Origin: an uncultured Candidatus Saccharibacteria bacterium
GTDB taxonomy: Bacteria; Patescibacteriota; Saccharimonadia; Saccharimonadales; CAZNVG01
Assembly (NCBI GenBank): GCA_964576475.1
Contig: CAZNVG010000001.1
Span: forward strand, 8,367 to 72,366
Reading direction: 5' to 3'
Length of the DNA stretch: 64,000 nucleotides
Both the position numbers and the translations under genes were made by a program. Under the pieces are notes generated by a model, which saw only the letters and a program-made list of their open reading frames with translations, did no database searches and had not been told where the DNA came from. Positions 27,328 through 38,635 of this stretch are shown here, piece by piece. Position 1 is the first letter of the stretch. Every line of letters starts with the position of its first letter.

Positions 27328-29292
27328 ATGCCGCGATTTGAGCTCAATGCACAATACAAACCCACAGGAGATCAACCGAGCGCTATAGCGCAGCTTAATG
27401 CTGGATTGGAGTCTGGACAGAGAGAACAGGTGTTGCTCGGTGTAACTGGCTCGGGCAAGACCTTTACTATGGCTAATTTAATTGCCAAACGACAGAAGCC
27501 GACATTAGTACTAAGCCACAATAAAACTCTAGCAGCACAGCTGTATAACGAATTCAAAGAATTCTTTCCAAACAACTCAGTTCATTATTTTGTTAGCTAT
27601 TTTGATTATTACCAGCCAGAAGCATACGTGGCACGCTCAGATACCTACATAGAAAAAGATTCACAAATAAACGAAGAGATCGATCGACTTAGACACGCGG
27701 CAACCTCTGCGCTACTTACACAAAAAGACGTCATAATTGTAGCCAGCGTAAGTTGCATTTATGGAATTGGCTCAGTTGAAGACTACGACTCGTTAGCGGT
27801 CAGTATAGAACGGGGTGAAAAACGACGTCGAGATAAGTTGCTTCGTCACCTGTCAGACATCCAGTATCAACGAAATGACGTAGACTTTCATAGGTCAACA
27901 TTTCGAGTTCGCGGTGATGTGGTCGATATTTTCCCAGCTGGCGAACAATCAGCATTTCGTGTGGAGTTCTTCGGCGACGAGGTTGATAGAATTACACAAA
28001 TCAACCCTCTAACTGGTGAGATACTTGGCGATAAGCAGTCAATTAAAGTATTCCCAGGAAGTCACTACGTAACACCACAAGAAAAACTAAAAGACGCCAT
28101 CGATAAAATACGACAAGAGTTAGCATTACGATTAACATACTTTCGTTCGCAGGGATTGCTACTAGAAGCACAAAGACTAGAACAACGAACAAACTTTGAT
28201 TTAGAAATGCTTGAGGAGACCGGTTTTGTCAAAGGTATTGAAAACTATTCTAGGTACTTAACCAACCGCGAACCTGGTGAGCAGCCGGCGACTCTGATGG
28301 ACTATTTTCCTGATGACTATCTGATGTTTATTGATGAATCACATATGACACTACCGCAACTAAGGGGTATGTATAACGGGGATAGAGCTCGCAAAGAAGT
28401 ATTAGTTGAACACGGGTTCCGATTACCAAGCGCACTCGACAACAGACCTCTTATGTTCCAGGAATTTGAAAGACACATTAATCAAGTGGTGTACGTGTCA
28501 GCGACACCGAGCGAGTACGAACTTTCTCGGGGAGGCAAACCAGCTCAGCAAGTCATTCGCCCAACGGGTCTGCTCGATCCTGTGATAGAAATTAGACCAG
28601 TTAAAGGTCAGGTTGATGACTTACTAGCGGAGATCAGGTCTACCGTCGCGAAACATCAACGCGTCCTCGTCACAACGCTCACCAAACGTATGGCGGAAGA
28701 CCTAAGTGAATATCTGTCTGAGCTTAAAGTAAAAGTCCAATATCTACATTCTGACGTAGACACTATGGATAGAACAGACATATTACGAGACCTTAGACTT
28801 GGAGTGTACGACGTACTTATAGGCATAAACTTGCTTCGTGAAGGACTTGATCTGCCTGAAGTCTCGCTTGTCGCTATCCTTGATGCGGATAAAGAAGGTT
28901 TCCTACGCAGCGAGCAGGCACTTATACAGACTGTTGGTCGAGCAGCTAGGCATCAGGAAGGCCGTGTCATCATGTATGCCGACGTCATCACAGGATCAAT
29001 GAAGCGCACCATAGACGAGACAAACCGTCGTCGACTTATTCAGGACAAGCATAATAAAGACCACGACATAACACCTACGGGCGTTTTTAAATCCATTGGC
29101 GATGGCCTGCCAAGAGCTAAGAAAGATGAAGACGAGCCAGCTCGTATTGACCTTAAGAAAATACCTAAGGACGAATACACACACCTAGTGCGCGAACTAT
29201 CCTCACAAATGGAACTGGCAGCAGCAAATCTTGAGTTTGAGAAAGCAGCAGAGTTGCGCGACATAATTGACGACATCAAGTCTAAAATGTAG
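27328..29292 (+). CDS. uvrB: Excinuclease ABC subunit B
   Basis: [35 protein letters not shown]-terminal UVR domain. Confidence 0.98.
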   Translation: MPRFELNAQYKPTGDQPSAIAQLNAGLESGQREQVLLGVTGSGKTFTMANLIAKRQKPTLVLSHNKTLAAQLYNEFKEFFPNNSVHYFVSYFDYYQPEAYVARSDTYIEKDSQINEEIDRLRHAATSALLTQKDVIIVASVSCIYGIGSVEDYDSLAVSIERGEKRRRDKLLRHLSDIQYQRNDVDFHRSTFRVRGDVVDIFPAGEQSAFRVEFFGDEVDRITQINPLTGEILGDKQSIKVFPGSHYVTPQEKLKDAIDKIRQELALRLTYFRSQGLLLEAQRLEQRTNFDLEMLEETGFVKGIENYSRYLTNREPGEQPATLMDYFPDDYLMFIDESHMTLPQLRGMYNGDRARKEVLVEHGFRLPSALDNRPLMFQEFERHINQVVYVSATPSEYELSRGGKPAQQVIRPTGLLDPVIEIRPVKGQVDDLLAEIRSTVAKHQRVLVTTLTKRMAEDLSEYLSELKVKVQYLHSDVDTMDRTDILRDLRLGVYDVLIGINLLREGLDLPEVSLVAILDADKEGFLRSEQALIQTVGRAARHQEGRVIMYADVITGSMKRTIDETNRRRLIQDKHNKDHDITPTGVFKSIGDGLPRAKKDEDEPARIDLKKIPKDEYTHLVRELSSQMELAAANLEFEKAAELRDIIDDIKSKM

Positions 29293-29339
29293 TCACCCTT
29301 TGATAGTGCCGCAGTACTACTGGTATACTAGACAGCAAC

Positions 29340-29627
29340 ATGACACTAAACAACGATGATGTACTGCGCCTTGCGCAACTTTCAAAACTGCGACTAAACA
29401 AAGATGAGCAAGCACAAATGCTTGTTGAGTTGAACGCAATTATTGGGTACGTAGAGAAGTTGCAACAGGTTGATATAAGTGGCTTCGATCCTACGGCGCA
29501 GGTTACCGGCCTCACTAACGTGTTTCGTGAGGATAAGATTGAAGACCTGCACGTTTCAAAAGAAGAGCTGCTCAAGAATGCTCCCATGCAGCAAGATGGT
29601 TATATCAAAGTTAGGCGAGTGTTGTAG
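29340..29627 (+). CDS. gatC: Asp/Glu-tRNA amidotransferase subunit C
   Basis: LAQLSKL...NVFRED...LLKNAP...GYIKV; precedes gatA. Confidence 0.92.
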   Translation: MTLNNDDVLRLAQLSKLRLNKDEQAQMLVELNAIIGYVEKLQQVDISGFDPTAQVTGLTNVFREDKIEDLHVSKEELLKNAPMQQDGYIKVRRVL

Positions 29628-29629
29628 CC

Positions 29630-31042
29630 ATGAACACCATACTTATTGCCGATATTCAAAGTGCTCTGCAATCTGGAACAACTGTACGCACGATTGTCGA
29701 ACAATCAATTGCTCGAGCTAAGGCGGATGAAACTCACGCGTTGTTAGAGATAACAGAAGACTACGCACTTGCACAGGCAGATAAAGTCGACAAGGCTCTT
29801 CAAAATGGTGAAAACTTTGGCCCGCTTGCAGGTGTTCCCTTTGTCGCGAAAGACAATTTCCTAACATTTGCCGGACATACCACTGCCGCGAGCCATATAC
29901 TCGAAAACTTCCAAGCACCCTACCAGTCAACCGCAATACAAAAGCTAGAAGATGCCGGCGCCATACTCATAGGTAAGGCAAATCTTGATGCGTTCGCCCA
30001 TGGAAGCAGTACCGAGAACAGCGATTTCGGAGCTACAAAGAACCCATCAAATTTGAGTAAAGTACCCGGTGGTTCTTCTGGTGGGTCTGTCGCAGCAGTT
30101 GCCAGTGGCATCGTGCCGTTTGCTTTAGGTACAGACACTGGTGGATCTGTTCGACTACCCGCAAGCTTCTGCGGAGTCGTTGGGTTGAAGCCAACGTATG
30201 GTCTCATCTCAAGATTTGGCGTTATAGCAATGGCAAGCTCTACGGACTGCATTGGACCCATTGCGAACTCCTCAGGTGATGTCGCATTAGTGCTTGACAT
30301 ACTTAGTGGACGCGATCGAAGAGATGGCACAACGATAGACCGTGATGAAGCAAGCTATGTAAGCAAGCAAGAAACTATGAAAGGTAAGCGCTTTGGACTC
30401 ATTAAACAGTTCATGGATGCCGGACTAGCGCAGCCTGTTCGCGAAGCAATTGAGAAGGCGTGCAAAACAATTGAAAACGCCGGCGGCGAAGTGATTACGA
30501 TAGACCTACCTTCACTAGAATTAGCGCTTGCGTGCTACTACATCATCGTACCCGCAGAGATTAGCTCTAACCTTAATAGATACGACGGCATCCGCTATGG
30601 GCTCAGTGAGGACTCGGCCACATCACTCGATGAAACGTATGAACTCTCGCGATCTATTGGCTTCAATACGGAGAATAAGCGCCGTATTATGATTGGCACC
30701 TTTGTCACAAGTAGTGGCTATCATGATGCGTACTATCTCAAAGCTCAAACAGTACGGAGCAAGCTTATTGCTGAATTTACGAGCGCATTTGCGACTGTAG
30801 ATTTTCTCATTGGCCCCGTAGCTGCGAATACAGCTTTTGATTTAGGCTCCAAATCAAATGATCCTTTGGAAATGTATCTAACCGATATTATGACTGTAGC
30901 CGCAAATCTTGTCGGTATACCTAGTGTCAGCCTGCCGATTCCTGTCACAGACATGCCGGTAGGCCTGCAGGTTATGGCGCAACAGCGACATGATCGAAGC
31001 TTATTAGCAGTCGCTGGAGAACTTGAAAAGGAGTTAGCATGA
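29630..31042 (+). CDS. gatA: Asp/Glu-tRNA amidotransferase subunit A
   Basis: Amidase signature PGGSSGGS, GTDTGGSVRLPA, SNLNRYDGIRYG. Confidence 0.96.
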   Translation: MNTILIADIQSALQSGTTVRTIVEQSIARAKADETHALLEITEDYALAQADKVDKALQNGENFGPLAGVPFVAKDNFLTFAGHTTAASHILENFQAPYQSTAIQKLEDAGAILIGKANLDAFAHGSSTENSDFGATKNPSNLSKVPGGSSGGSVAAVASGIVPFALGTDTGGSVRLPASFCGVVGLKPTYGLISRFGVIAMASSTDCIGPIANSSGDVALVLDILSGRDRRDGTTIDRDEASYVSKQETMKGKRFGLIKQFMDAGLAQPVREAIEKACKTIENAGGEVITIDLPSLELALACYYIIVPAEISSNLNRYDGIRYGLSEDSATSLDETYELSRSIGFNTENKRRIMIGTFVTSSGYHDAYYLKAQTVRSKLIAEFTSAFATVDFLIGPVAANTAFDLGSKSNDPLEMYLTDIMTVAANLVGIPSVSLPIPVTDMPVGLQVMAQQRHDRSLLAVAGELEKELA

Positions 31043-31443
31043 TCATATCGCTTATCGCAATCGTACTACTTGGAGTATTAGCATTGCTAGCAGGCTACGG
31101 TGCATCAAGACTTAGGCGCACCGGCCTTGACCGAAGCTACTACCAGAAACGTTGGGATGAAATACAGTCTCTGCTCAAGTCTGCCGAGGGGCAACAGCTC
31201 TCGATAATTGAAGCAGACAAATTATTGGACGAAGCTCTCAGAAAGCTACGATTTTCCGGCAAGACAATGGGTGAAAGACTCGTATCGGCACAACGCAACT
31301 TTAGCAACCCCAACAACGTATGGACTGCACATAAGTTAAGAAATCGGGTTGTACATGAAGCAAGTGTTAAATTACAGAAGAGACAACTACAAGCCGCACT
31401 GGCTGCAATCCGCGTCGCTTTGAAGGATCTGGGAGCGCTATGA
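31039..31443 (+). CDS. Membrane-anchored hypothetical protein (HEPN-like RNxxxH)
   Basis: N-terminal TM; IIEADKLLDEAL...GKTMGERL...AHKLRNRVVHE. Confidence 0.7.
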   Translation: MIISLIAIVLLGVLALLAGYGASRLRRTGLDRSYYQKRWDEIQSLLKSAEGQQLSIIEADKLLDEALRKLRFSGKTMGERLVSAQRNFSNPNNVWTAHKLRNRVVHEASVKLQKRQLQAALAAIRVALKDLGAL

Positions 31444-32894
31444 TAATTACTGACGAAATTCGTGCCCAGTACAAACCGACAATTGGTATCGAATGTCACG
31501 TGCAGCTAAAGACTAAAACTAAGTTATTTGCACCCGTTGATAATGATGCTCGTGAATCAGAACCAAACACGAAAGTATCCGCTATCTGTTTAGGGCTACC
31601 CGGTGTACTGCCGGTACTTAATAAGTCGGCCGTTGACCTTGCAATACGAGCAGGAAGAGCATTGAATGCAACCATAAACACCCATAGCAGTTTTGACCGA
31701 AAGCATTATTTTTATCCAGACCTTCCAAAAGGTTATCAAATAACTCAGTTCCAAGCACCAATTGTTGGCGAAGGCGCAGTCGTAGTACCTACAGAGAAGG
31801 GGAGTATAACAGTTCGAATTACACGTGCACATCTAGAAGAAGACGCTGGCAAGTCTACCCATCCTTCTGGAGCCGATTACTCATTAGTAGATTTAAATAG
31901 AGCTGGCACACCACTTCTTGAAATTGTCTCAGAGCCAGACATGCATTCGCCTGCAGAAGCAAGAGCTTTCGCTCATGAACTCTATTTGCTCATGAAATAT
32001 GCAGATGTTTCTGAGGCAGATTTATTTCACGGTAATATGCGCTTCGATGTAAACGTCTCTCTAGCGCCAGTAGACAGTAACGAACTCGGTCTAAGAGCAG
32101 AAGTGAAAAACATAAACTCGTTTCGTAGCGTCGAACGTGCTGTTGAATACGAAATTAAACGCCAGATCGAGCTACTTGAAAAAGGACAGACGATCGTTCA
32201 GGAAACGCGTGGTTGGGATGAAGATAAAGGAAAAACTATCTCTCAGCGTAGCAAGGAAAATGCCCACGACTATCGCTATTTTCCCGATCCTGACATACCT
32301 CCCGTGCTACTCACCCAACAATACATTGATAATGCCGTAAGCAATATGCCTACATTGCCGCAAGAATATAGGAGCGAATTTACGACTATTGGTCTTACTC
32401 CGAGTGTAACTGAAAGTCTATTAGAGAATCCGGAAGAGACGCAACTAATCCATGATGTACATGCAACCTATGGACTTGAAAATGCGAGACAGATTGCTCT
32501 ATGGATTGTTAATGTTTTACGAGCAGATCAGAACGACCTTACTGTAAAAAACACGCCTGATACTAGAGACAGACTTCAAAAACTTGCTGCGATGGTCGAA
32601 GCGAACGAACTAAGCTCAACTGCAGCAAAAGAAGTTTTCTTGACTGTAGTTGCAAACGGTAGTGATCCCCGGAAAGTCGCTGAGCAATCTGGCTTACTCC
32701 AGAATTCAAATGCAGATGATATAGCTATCTACGTACAGGAAGCCATTGCAGCCAACCCTAAAGCGGCCGAAGACGTCACAAACGGTGAAATGAAGGCGAT
32801 AGGCTTTTTGGTGGGCCAAATAATGAAGAAGAGCAAAGGGCAGGCAAATCCTAGTCTGGTTACACAAGAAATCAAAAAGCAACTAGGCGCTTAA
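31440..32894 (+). CDS. gatB: Asp/Glu-tRNA amidotransferase subunit B
   Basis: IGIECHVQL, YFYPDLPKGYQITQ, HLEEDAGK, YRYFPDPD. Confidence 0.97.
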   Translation: MIITDEIRAQYKPTIGIECHVQLKTKTKLFAPVDNDARESEPNTKVSAICLGLPGVLPVLNKSAVDLAIRAGRALNATINTHSSFDRKHYFYPDLPKGYQITQFQAPIVGEGAVVVPTEKGSITVRITRAHLEEDAGKSTHPSGADYSLVDLNRAGTPLLEIVSEPDMHSPAEARAFAHELYLLMKYADVSEADLFHGNMRFDVNVSLAPVDSNELGLRAEVKNINSFRSVERAVEYEIKRQIELLEKGQTIVQETRGWDEDKGKTISQRSKENAHDYRYFPDPDIPPVLLTQQYIDNAVSNMPTLPQEYRSEFTTIGLTPSVTESLLENPEETQLIHDVHATYGLENARQIALWIVNVLRADQNDLTVKNTPDTRDRLQKLAAMVEANELSSTAAKEVFLTVVANGSDPRKVAEQSGLLQNSNADDIAIYVQEAIAANPKAAEDVTNGEMKAIGFLVGQIMKKSKGQANPSLVTQEIKKQLGA

Positions 32895-32968
32895 AGTCGA
32901 TACACATATAATTTGTAGTATATTTTAGCAATAGAGTATACTGGACATAACAGAGGGGAAAACTAATC

Positions 32969-33223
32969 ATGGACGCATACAATATACTGGTAATAGTTCT
33001 TTCGCTAACGCTAGCAGTGTTACTGATAGCTACAATCGTACTAATTATAAGTATTACGAAGCTTGTTAAATACCTGCAGCATTTAACAGAGAGAGCTGAA
33101 GATGTCATGGATGACGTAGAGGCCGTAGGAGAGTTTTTCAAAAAAAGTAGCGCACCTATCGCACTAGCAAAGCTAGTAGGTAATATAGTGTCAAATTATA
33201 GTAACCACAAGAAAAAGGGGTAA
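32969..33223 (+). CDS. Small membrane protein (YtxG/DUF948-like)
   Basis: N-terminal TM then amphipathic helix; upstream of a YtxH-like gene. Confidence 0.6.
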   Translation: MDAYNILVIVLSLTLAVLLIATIVLIISITKLVKYLQHLTERAEDVMDDVEAVGEFFKKSSAPIALAKLVGNIVSNYSNHKKKG

Positions 33224-33225
33224 GT

Positions 33226-33630
33226 ATGTCCAAGAAAAATGATGCAAAAAAAGGTCTCGCAGTTGGAGCCGTATTTGGAGCAATTGCTGGTTTAGTAACA
33301 GGTTTTTTGACTGCTCCTAAAAGCGGCAAAGAAACTCGTGAGAAAATCAAGGAAAAAGCTGAGCAAGTCACATCAGATGGTGAAAAACAGCTTAAAAACC
33401 TTTATCGTGATCTTTCGTCACAAGGCGAAGACCTCGCAAAAAAGGCCGAGAAGGCAGTCGGAAAAGCTAAGTCTGAAGTAGAAAGCGTATTACCAAAAAT
33501 TGATGACGCTAAGGATAAGATAAAGGAACTCCTAAGTACGGTTCGCGATGGAGAAGCCGACGAAAAGACAGTCCAAAAGGCAATCAAAGAAGCAAAATCA
33601 CTTCGAGACGAAATTTCTAAAAAGAAGTAG
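33226..33630 (+). CDS. YtxH-domain protein
   Basis: GAVFGAIAGLVTGFLTAPKSGKETRE. Confidence 0.88.
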   Translation: MSKKNDAKKGLAVGAVFGAIAGLVTGFLTAPKSGKETREKIKEKAEQVTSDGEKQLKNLYRDLSSQGEDLAKKAEKAVGKAKSEVESVLPKIDDAKDKIKELLSTVRDGEADEKTVQKAIKEAKSLRDEISKKK

Positions 33631-33633
33631 CGT

Positions 33634-33897
33634 ATGCCCGTCAAAACACAAACCAAAGATATAGATTACGAAAGAATTGGACGAGCTATTGAAGAAGTAG
33701 TTATTTCCGGCCATGCCCGAAAACTTCGCCTAATGTGGCATAACTTTTTGCGTGGCGTATGTTTCGGACTAGGTAGTGTTATCGGCGGTACGGTCATGGT
33801 AGCTTTTGTACTATGGATTCTGTCTGCATTTGACTCTGTACCTCTTGCAGGTCATTTTATCCAGTCACTGCGAGACACTATACACAACGTTCGCTAG
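33634..33897 (+). CDS. DUF5665-like membrane protein
   Basis: NFLRGVCFGLGSVIGGT...VPLAG. Confidence 0.75.
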   Translation: MPVKTQTKDIDYERIGRAIEEVVISGHARKLRLMWHNFLRGVCFGLGSVIGGTVMVAFVLWILSAFDSVPLAGHFIQSLRDTIHNVR

Positions 33898-33944
33898 AGT
33901 AATCTCTAGATCACCAACACTAATTCTAAGGAAATGCTACACCA

Positions 33945-36900
33945 GTGCAAAAGAAACTCACTGCCAAAGATTATGTTCATTTGCATAATCACACCCATCA
34001 CAGCCTTCTGGACGGACTACAGAAAATTCCTGCAATGGTTGAGCGCGCCAAGGAATTGGGAATGGAGTCTATCGCTATCACCGATCATGGCACGTTGTCG
34101 GGTGCTATAGAGTTTTATAAGGAAGCAACAGCACAGGGTATAAAACCAATAATCGGCATAGAGACCTACGTAGCATCTCGGTCGCACACTGATAAAGACC
34201 CTACCAAGGATAAAGGACGTTTTCATCTTATCTTGTTGGCGATGAATAACACTGGCTATGAAAACTTGATGCGTCTTTCAACCATAGCGAACTTAGACGG
34301 CTTCTATCACAAGCCTCGTATTGATCATGAACTGCTAGAGAAGTATAACGAAGGTCTTATTTGTTTATCAGGCTGCATTGGTGGCGAGATAGGCGACGCT
34401 TATAGGTCAGGACGAGATAAGGATGCAGAGCAAATAGCATCATGGTACAAAAGTATATTTGGTGATAGATATTACTTTGAGGTACAGGACCACGGCCATT
34501 CTTGGCAAGAGCAGAAGGTAGTTAACGAGAAACTCCTTGCGCTAAGTAAAAAGCTAGACATTCCTGCAGTCGTTACATGTGATGCACATTATCTTACACA
34601 CGAAGATCAAGAAGCGCATGAGATATTGCTCTGTGTGCAAACTGGCTCGTTTTTATCAGATCAGGATAGGATGAGTCTCAAGGACACAGATCTCTACCTT
34701 ACCGATCCTAAAGACGTGATAGAGAGATGGGGCGACAATCCTGAAGTCATTAGCAACACGAAAGCTATTGCAGACCGTTGTCATATTGATATTGAAATTG
34801 GTAAGATTCTAATTCCAAAGTTCGAAGTGCCTGAGGGCGAGACGGAAAAAACGTTCCTTATTAAGAATGTCTATCAAGGCCTCGCTTGGCGCTATGGAGA
34901 CATGACTGAGTCGGAGGCCGAGCAACTCACAATCGAACAAGCAAAACAAATGCTTCCGAATGAAGTATTGAGTCGCGTTGAATTCGAACTTGGCGTAATA
35001 GACACAATGGGCTTCTGCGGATACTTTTTGATTGTTTCTGATTTTATTCAATGGGGAAAAGACCAAGGTATTGTATTTGGACCTGGGCGCGGATCGGCTG
35101 CAGGTTCCATTGTTGCTTATTCTCTAAAGATTACCGACTTGGATCCAATAAAGTACGATTTACTGTTTGAAAGATTCCTTAATCCAGACCGTATCTCTAT
35201 GCCTGATATTGATATTGATATCCAGGATACGAGACGGGATGAGGTAATTCAGTATTGTGTACACAAATATGGGCAAGAACGAGTCGCCAACATCGTGACA
35301 TTCGGTACTATGGCTGCTCGAAATGCCATCCGCGATGTCGCGCGAGTACTTCAAGTTCCGTACGCAGACGCAGATCATCTCGCAAAACTAGTACCTCCAC
35401 CTGTCCAGGGTAGACATATTCCACTGAAGAAGTCTATTCAGGACGATCCTGATCTAAAAAGTGAATATGATAACAACGAACAGAGTCGTCGCGTCATGGA
35501 CCTTGCGGTCAAAATGGAAGGCACCATTCGATCTCATGGCGTGCATGCCGCTGGTGTCGTCATCGCTCCAGCTGAATTAGTACGCTACGCACCGCTTGAA
35601 ATGGCACAGAAGGGTGTTGTCACTACACAGTACTCTATGGGTATCATTGAAGATCTTGGCTTGCTCAAGATGGACTTTTTGGGACTTTCGAACTTAACGA
35701 TTATTAAAAATGCCCTGAGAATTATTAAACGTGTCCATAACGAAGACGTAGACATTAACACACTGCCACTAGACGATGTACCAACTTTTGAATTACTTGG
35801 AAGGGGTGATACGACTGGAGTATTTCAGTTTGAATCGTCAGGAATGAAACGTTACCTTCGTGAATTAAAGCCCACGGTTTTTGATGACATCATTGCTATG
35901 GGTGCACTATACAGGCCAGGGCCGCTTACGGCAGGACTGACCCAAAAATTTATCGACAGAAAAAATGGACGTGAACCGGTCACTTTTGAACACGAAAAAA
36001 TGAAGAACGCGCTCGGTAATACTTACGGTGTGCTTGTTTTTCAGGAACAAGTGATGCAAATAGCTAAAGACATGTCCGGGTTTACTGGGGGTCAAGCTGA
36101 CACCTTAAGAAAAGCTATCGGTAAGAAAAAACGCGACGTCATGGATAAGATGAAGCAAGATTTCGTAAACGGCGCAGCGGAACATTCAGGTGTTAAGAAA
36201 CAAGTCGTTGAAAAATTTTGGAAAGATCTTGAAGGCTTCGCCGACTATGCCTTCAACAAGTCGCACGCTGCCTGTTATGCGCTAATTTCATATTGGACCG
36301 CATACCTTAAAGCGCATTATCCTGCGGCCTTTATGGCGGCATTAATGACGAGTGACTACGATGATACTGATCGTTTAGCAATTGAGATTAGCGAATGTAA
36401 GAACATGGGTTTAACAGTGTTGGCGCCAGATATAAATCAGTCATTTGCCGAATTCGCAGTGGTGCCGGACACGAATCAGATTAGATTTGGGCTTTCAGCA
36501 ATCAAAAACGTAGGTGTTGGTGCTGTCGAAATGATAGTAAAAGAACGTGACGGCGGTGGTGAATTCAAGACTATTGAAGACTTTGTAAAGCGCGTTAGCA
36601 CTCGTACTGTAAACAGAAAAGTATGGGAGAGCTTGGTAAAGTCAGGTGCCTTTGATCGTTTCGGAGATCGTGGCGATATTCTCTATAGCTTGGACGATAT
36701 ACTCGGGTTCGGCGCTAAGTATCAAAAAGATACTGCAAGCGGTCAGACGGATCTGTTTGGTGGTTTGGCTGGACAAATCATAGAAACCTCACACCTTGCA
36801 CTGAAACGCAACCCGACTCCTGTCGAGGAAAAAGAATGGCTACAATGGGAGCGAGAACTGCTAGGAATCTATCTTTCCTCACACCCTCTCGAACCATACG

Positions 36901-37541
36901 AACGTTTCTTGCAAGAAATGGCGGTACCGATGAATAAACTAGAAGCAAACATGGACAACAAGACAGCGACCATAGGCGGACTCGTCACTACAATCCGTGA
37001 AATTGTTACGAAAAATGGGCAGAAAATGGCATTTGTAGGAATGGCTGACTTAATGGGCGAGCTGGAAGTAATTATATTTCCAAGCATTTACACAGAACAA
37101 CCCGAGTTATGGGTTAAGGACAAAGTGCTACTCGTCAAAGGTAAGCTCAATGCAAAAGATCGAGACGGCAGGATGACAAGTGAAGTCAAGTTATTGGCAG
37201 CTGAAGCAAGCGAGATTACTACTGATGTCTTAGCGGCGTTTCGGCCAACCGGTAAAACAGCGAAACTTCCTAAAGCTAAAAAAGAAAGCGACACCAGCAC
37301 TCCAGAGACACCTTCGCACAGCACACTCTATATGCAAATAGAGTCTGCAAACGACCAAGACAAACTTGCGTCCATAAAGTCTCTCTTGGAATCACACCCG
37401 GGAACACAGAAAGCAGTGCTCGTAATTGGTAAAGAACTCAATAAAAGAGCAATTAGATTACCGTTCGGAGTTAGCATCTCACCCAAAATCAAAGAAGAAC
37501 TTGAAGCACTACTAGGCAAAGATTGCGTTGCTCTGCGCTAG
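33945..37541 (+). CDS. dnaE: DNA polymerase III alpha subunit
   Basis: PHP domain HLHNHT..SLLDG, GPGRGSAAGS, PDIDID, YAFNKSH, OB fold. Confidence 0.98.
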   Translation: MQKKLTAKDYVHLHNHTHHSLLDGLQKIPAMVERAKELGMESIAITDHGTLSGAIEFYKEATAQGIKPIIGIETYVASRSHTDKDPTKDKGRFHLILLAMNNTGYENLMRLSTIANLDGFYHKPRIDHELLEKYNEGLICLSGCIGGEIGDAYRSGRDKDAEQIASWYKSIFGDRYYFEVQDHGHSWQEQKVVNEKLLALSKKLDIPAVVTCDAHYLTHEDQEAHEILLCVQTGSFLSDQDRMSLKDTDLYLTDPKDVIERWGDNPEVISNTKAIADRCHIDIEIGKILIPKFEVPEGETEKTFLIKNVYQGLAWRYGDMTESEAEQLTIEQAKQMLPNEVLSRVEFELGVIDTMGFCGYFLIVSDFIQWGKDQGIVFGPGRGSAAGSIVAYSLKITDLDPIKYDLLFERFLNPDRISMPDIDIDIQDTRRDEVIQYCVHKYGQERVANIVTFGTMAARNAIRDVARVLQVPYADADHLAKLVPPPVQGRHIPLKKSIQDDPDLKSEYDNNEQSRRVMDLAVKMEGTIRSHGVHAAGVVIAPAELVRYAPLEMAQKGVVTTQYSMGIIEDLGLLKMDFLGLSNLTIIKNALRIIKRVHNEDVDINTLPLDDVPTFELLGRGDTTGVFQFESSGMKRYLRELKPTVFDDIIAMGALYRPGPLTAGLTQKFIDRKNGREPVTFEHEKMKNALGNTYGVLVFQEQVMQIAKDMSGFTGGQADTLRKAIGKKKRDVMDKMKQDFVNGAAEHSGVKKQVVEKFWKDLEGFADYAFNKSHAACYALISYWTAYLKAHYPAAFMAALMTSDYDDTDRLAIEISECKNMGLTVLAPDINQSFAEFAVVPDTNQIRFGLSAIKNVGVGAVEMIVKERDGGGEFKTIEDFVKRVSTRTVNRKVWESLVKSGAFDRFGDRGDILYSLDDILGFGAKYQKDTASGQTDLFGGLAGQIIETSHLALKRNPTPVEEKEWLQWERELLGIYLSSHPLEPYERFLQEMAVPMNKLEANMDNKTATIGGLVTTIREIVTKNGQKMAFVGMADLMGELEVIIFPSIYTEQPELWVKDKVLLVKGKLNAKDRDGRMTSEVKLLAAEASEITTDVLAAFRPTGKTAKLPKAKKESDTSTPETPSHSTLYMQIESANDQDKLASIKSLLESHPGTQKAVLVIGKELNKRAIRLPFGVSISPKIKEELEALLGKDCVALR

Positions 37542-38560
37542 AGTATTGTGCCGCTCGTGCCGGCAAACAATAGTATCATTGCTATGCTCAGTAGACTTAC
37601 CTCAACCGCAGGGTGTGTCAGTACAAACTCTTCACCTTCCACGAGTGCGCGCTTAAGTCTCATTGTGTGCTTGGCAGCAAACCATACGCTTCCTAGTGAC
37701 AGTGCGATAAAAGAGACGTAGATACTTAGCCCTGCCGAGCCTGACATGAGTCTGCTAAATCGAGAGGCCGATTTACTCGTGGGCTGATCTGAAGCAAGCC
37801 TGAGGCTCGTAAACGGCTTCTCTTCTTCTGGTTCCGCGGGTGGTTCTATGGGTGTTTCTGGTGCGGGTGTTGGCGTAGGAGTGGGTGCGGGAGTGGGTGC
37901 GGGGGTTGGTGCGGGAGTGGGTGCGGGGGTTGGTGCAGGAGGTGATGGCTTTATTGAGCTTGGCGGGGTTGGTGCAGGGGTTGGTGCAGGGGTTGGTGCA
38001 GGGGTTGGTGCAGGGGTTGGTGCAGGCTGACCATACATCGCGACAACAACTGTGTTTTGACCTCCTTGAAAGTTTGCTCCATTTGCAATACCGAAACCTA
38101 CGTCTACATAGGCCGCATCAAGCACGTTAGCGCGATGAGTCGCACTATTCATCCAACCAGTCACGACGGCGCTACTATTATCAAATCCATACGCCAGATT
38201 CTCCCCAGCCTTATAGTATGAGTATCCTGCGTTCGTTATGAAAACCCACGGTGGATTTCCTTCAGGTGTATTGTGGCTCCAATAGTTACGGGCGATCATG
38301 TCATTCGCCTTAGCTTGTGCGGCACTCGTAAGCTTACTATTTAGATTCAATGAAGGAAGGCCGTTTTGTGAACGCTGCCCATTCTGAGATGACTGTAGTC
38401 CATCAACTGAAATATTAGTAGCATATGCGAGCACATGCGTGCGCTGAGGTACATGCGCTGCTAGCTGGGCAATTATTGATACGCTGAGCAGTGCTATAAC
38501 ACCATACCGTGCTATGAATGACTGATGACGTTTTGCTTTGTGTTGTTTATTTTTGGGCAT
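37538..38560 (-). CDS. CAP (SCP) domain surface protein with Pro/Thr linker and C-terminal TM helices
   Basis: AAQAKANDM...YWSH...AGENLAYG...GWMNSATHRANVL; (PAPT)n linker. Confidence 0.9.
   Translation of the reverse strand: MPKNKQHKAKRHQSFIARYGVIALLSVSIIAQLAAHVPQRTHVLAYATNISVDGLQSSQNGQRSQNGLPSLNLNSKLTSAAQAKANDMIARNYWSHNTPEGNPPWVFITNAGYSYYKAGENLAYGFDNSSAVVTGWMNSATHRANVLDAAYVDVGFGIANGANFQGGQNTVVVAMYGQPAPTPAPTPAPTPAPTPAPTPPSSIKPSPPAPTPAPTPAPTPAPTPAPTPTPTPAPETPIEPPAEPEEEKPFTSLRLASDQPTSKSASRFSRLMSGSAGLSIYVSFIALSLGSVWFAAKHTMRLKRALVEGEEFVLTHPAVEVSLLSIAMILLFAGTSGTIL
37860..38026 (-). repeat. 12-bp tandem repeats encoding (PAPT)n
   Basis: GGGGTTGGTGCA x5 perfect at 37965-38024, plus a degenerate block at about 37860-37939. 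Confidence 0.9.
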
Positions 38561-38635
38561 ATATAAGCCTTACGCTTATACTTATTCTACGAGAGTTTTT
38601 GACAGATGGCAATGTGTTTTGCGAGTCTTTTGGGG

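Noticed and set aside
33945-37541. Intein or intron in dnaE (also checked recG, uvrB, clpC)
   Set aside because: Lengths and motif spacing are normal, with no splice motifs seen.
37860-38026. CRISPR array
   Set aside because: These are contiguous 12-bp repeats with no spacers, in frame in a Pro/Thr linker, and there are no cas genes.
37848-38130. Gly/Val-rich + strand ORFs and other short antisense ORFs in the track
   Set aside because: They are shadow frames of well-supported genes or of the repeat.
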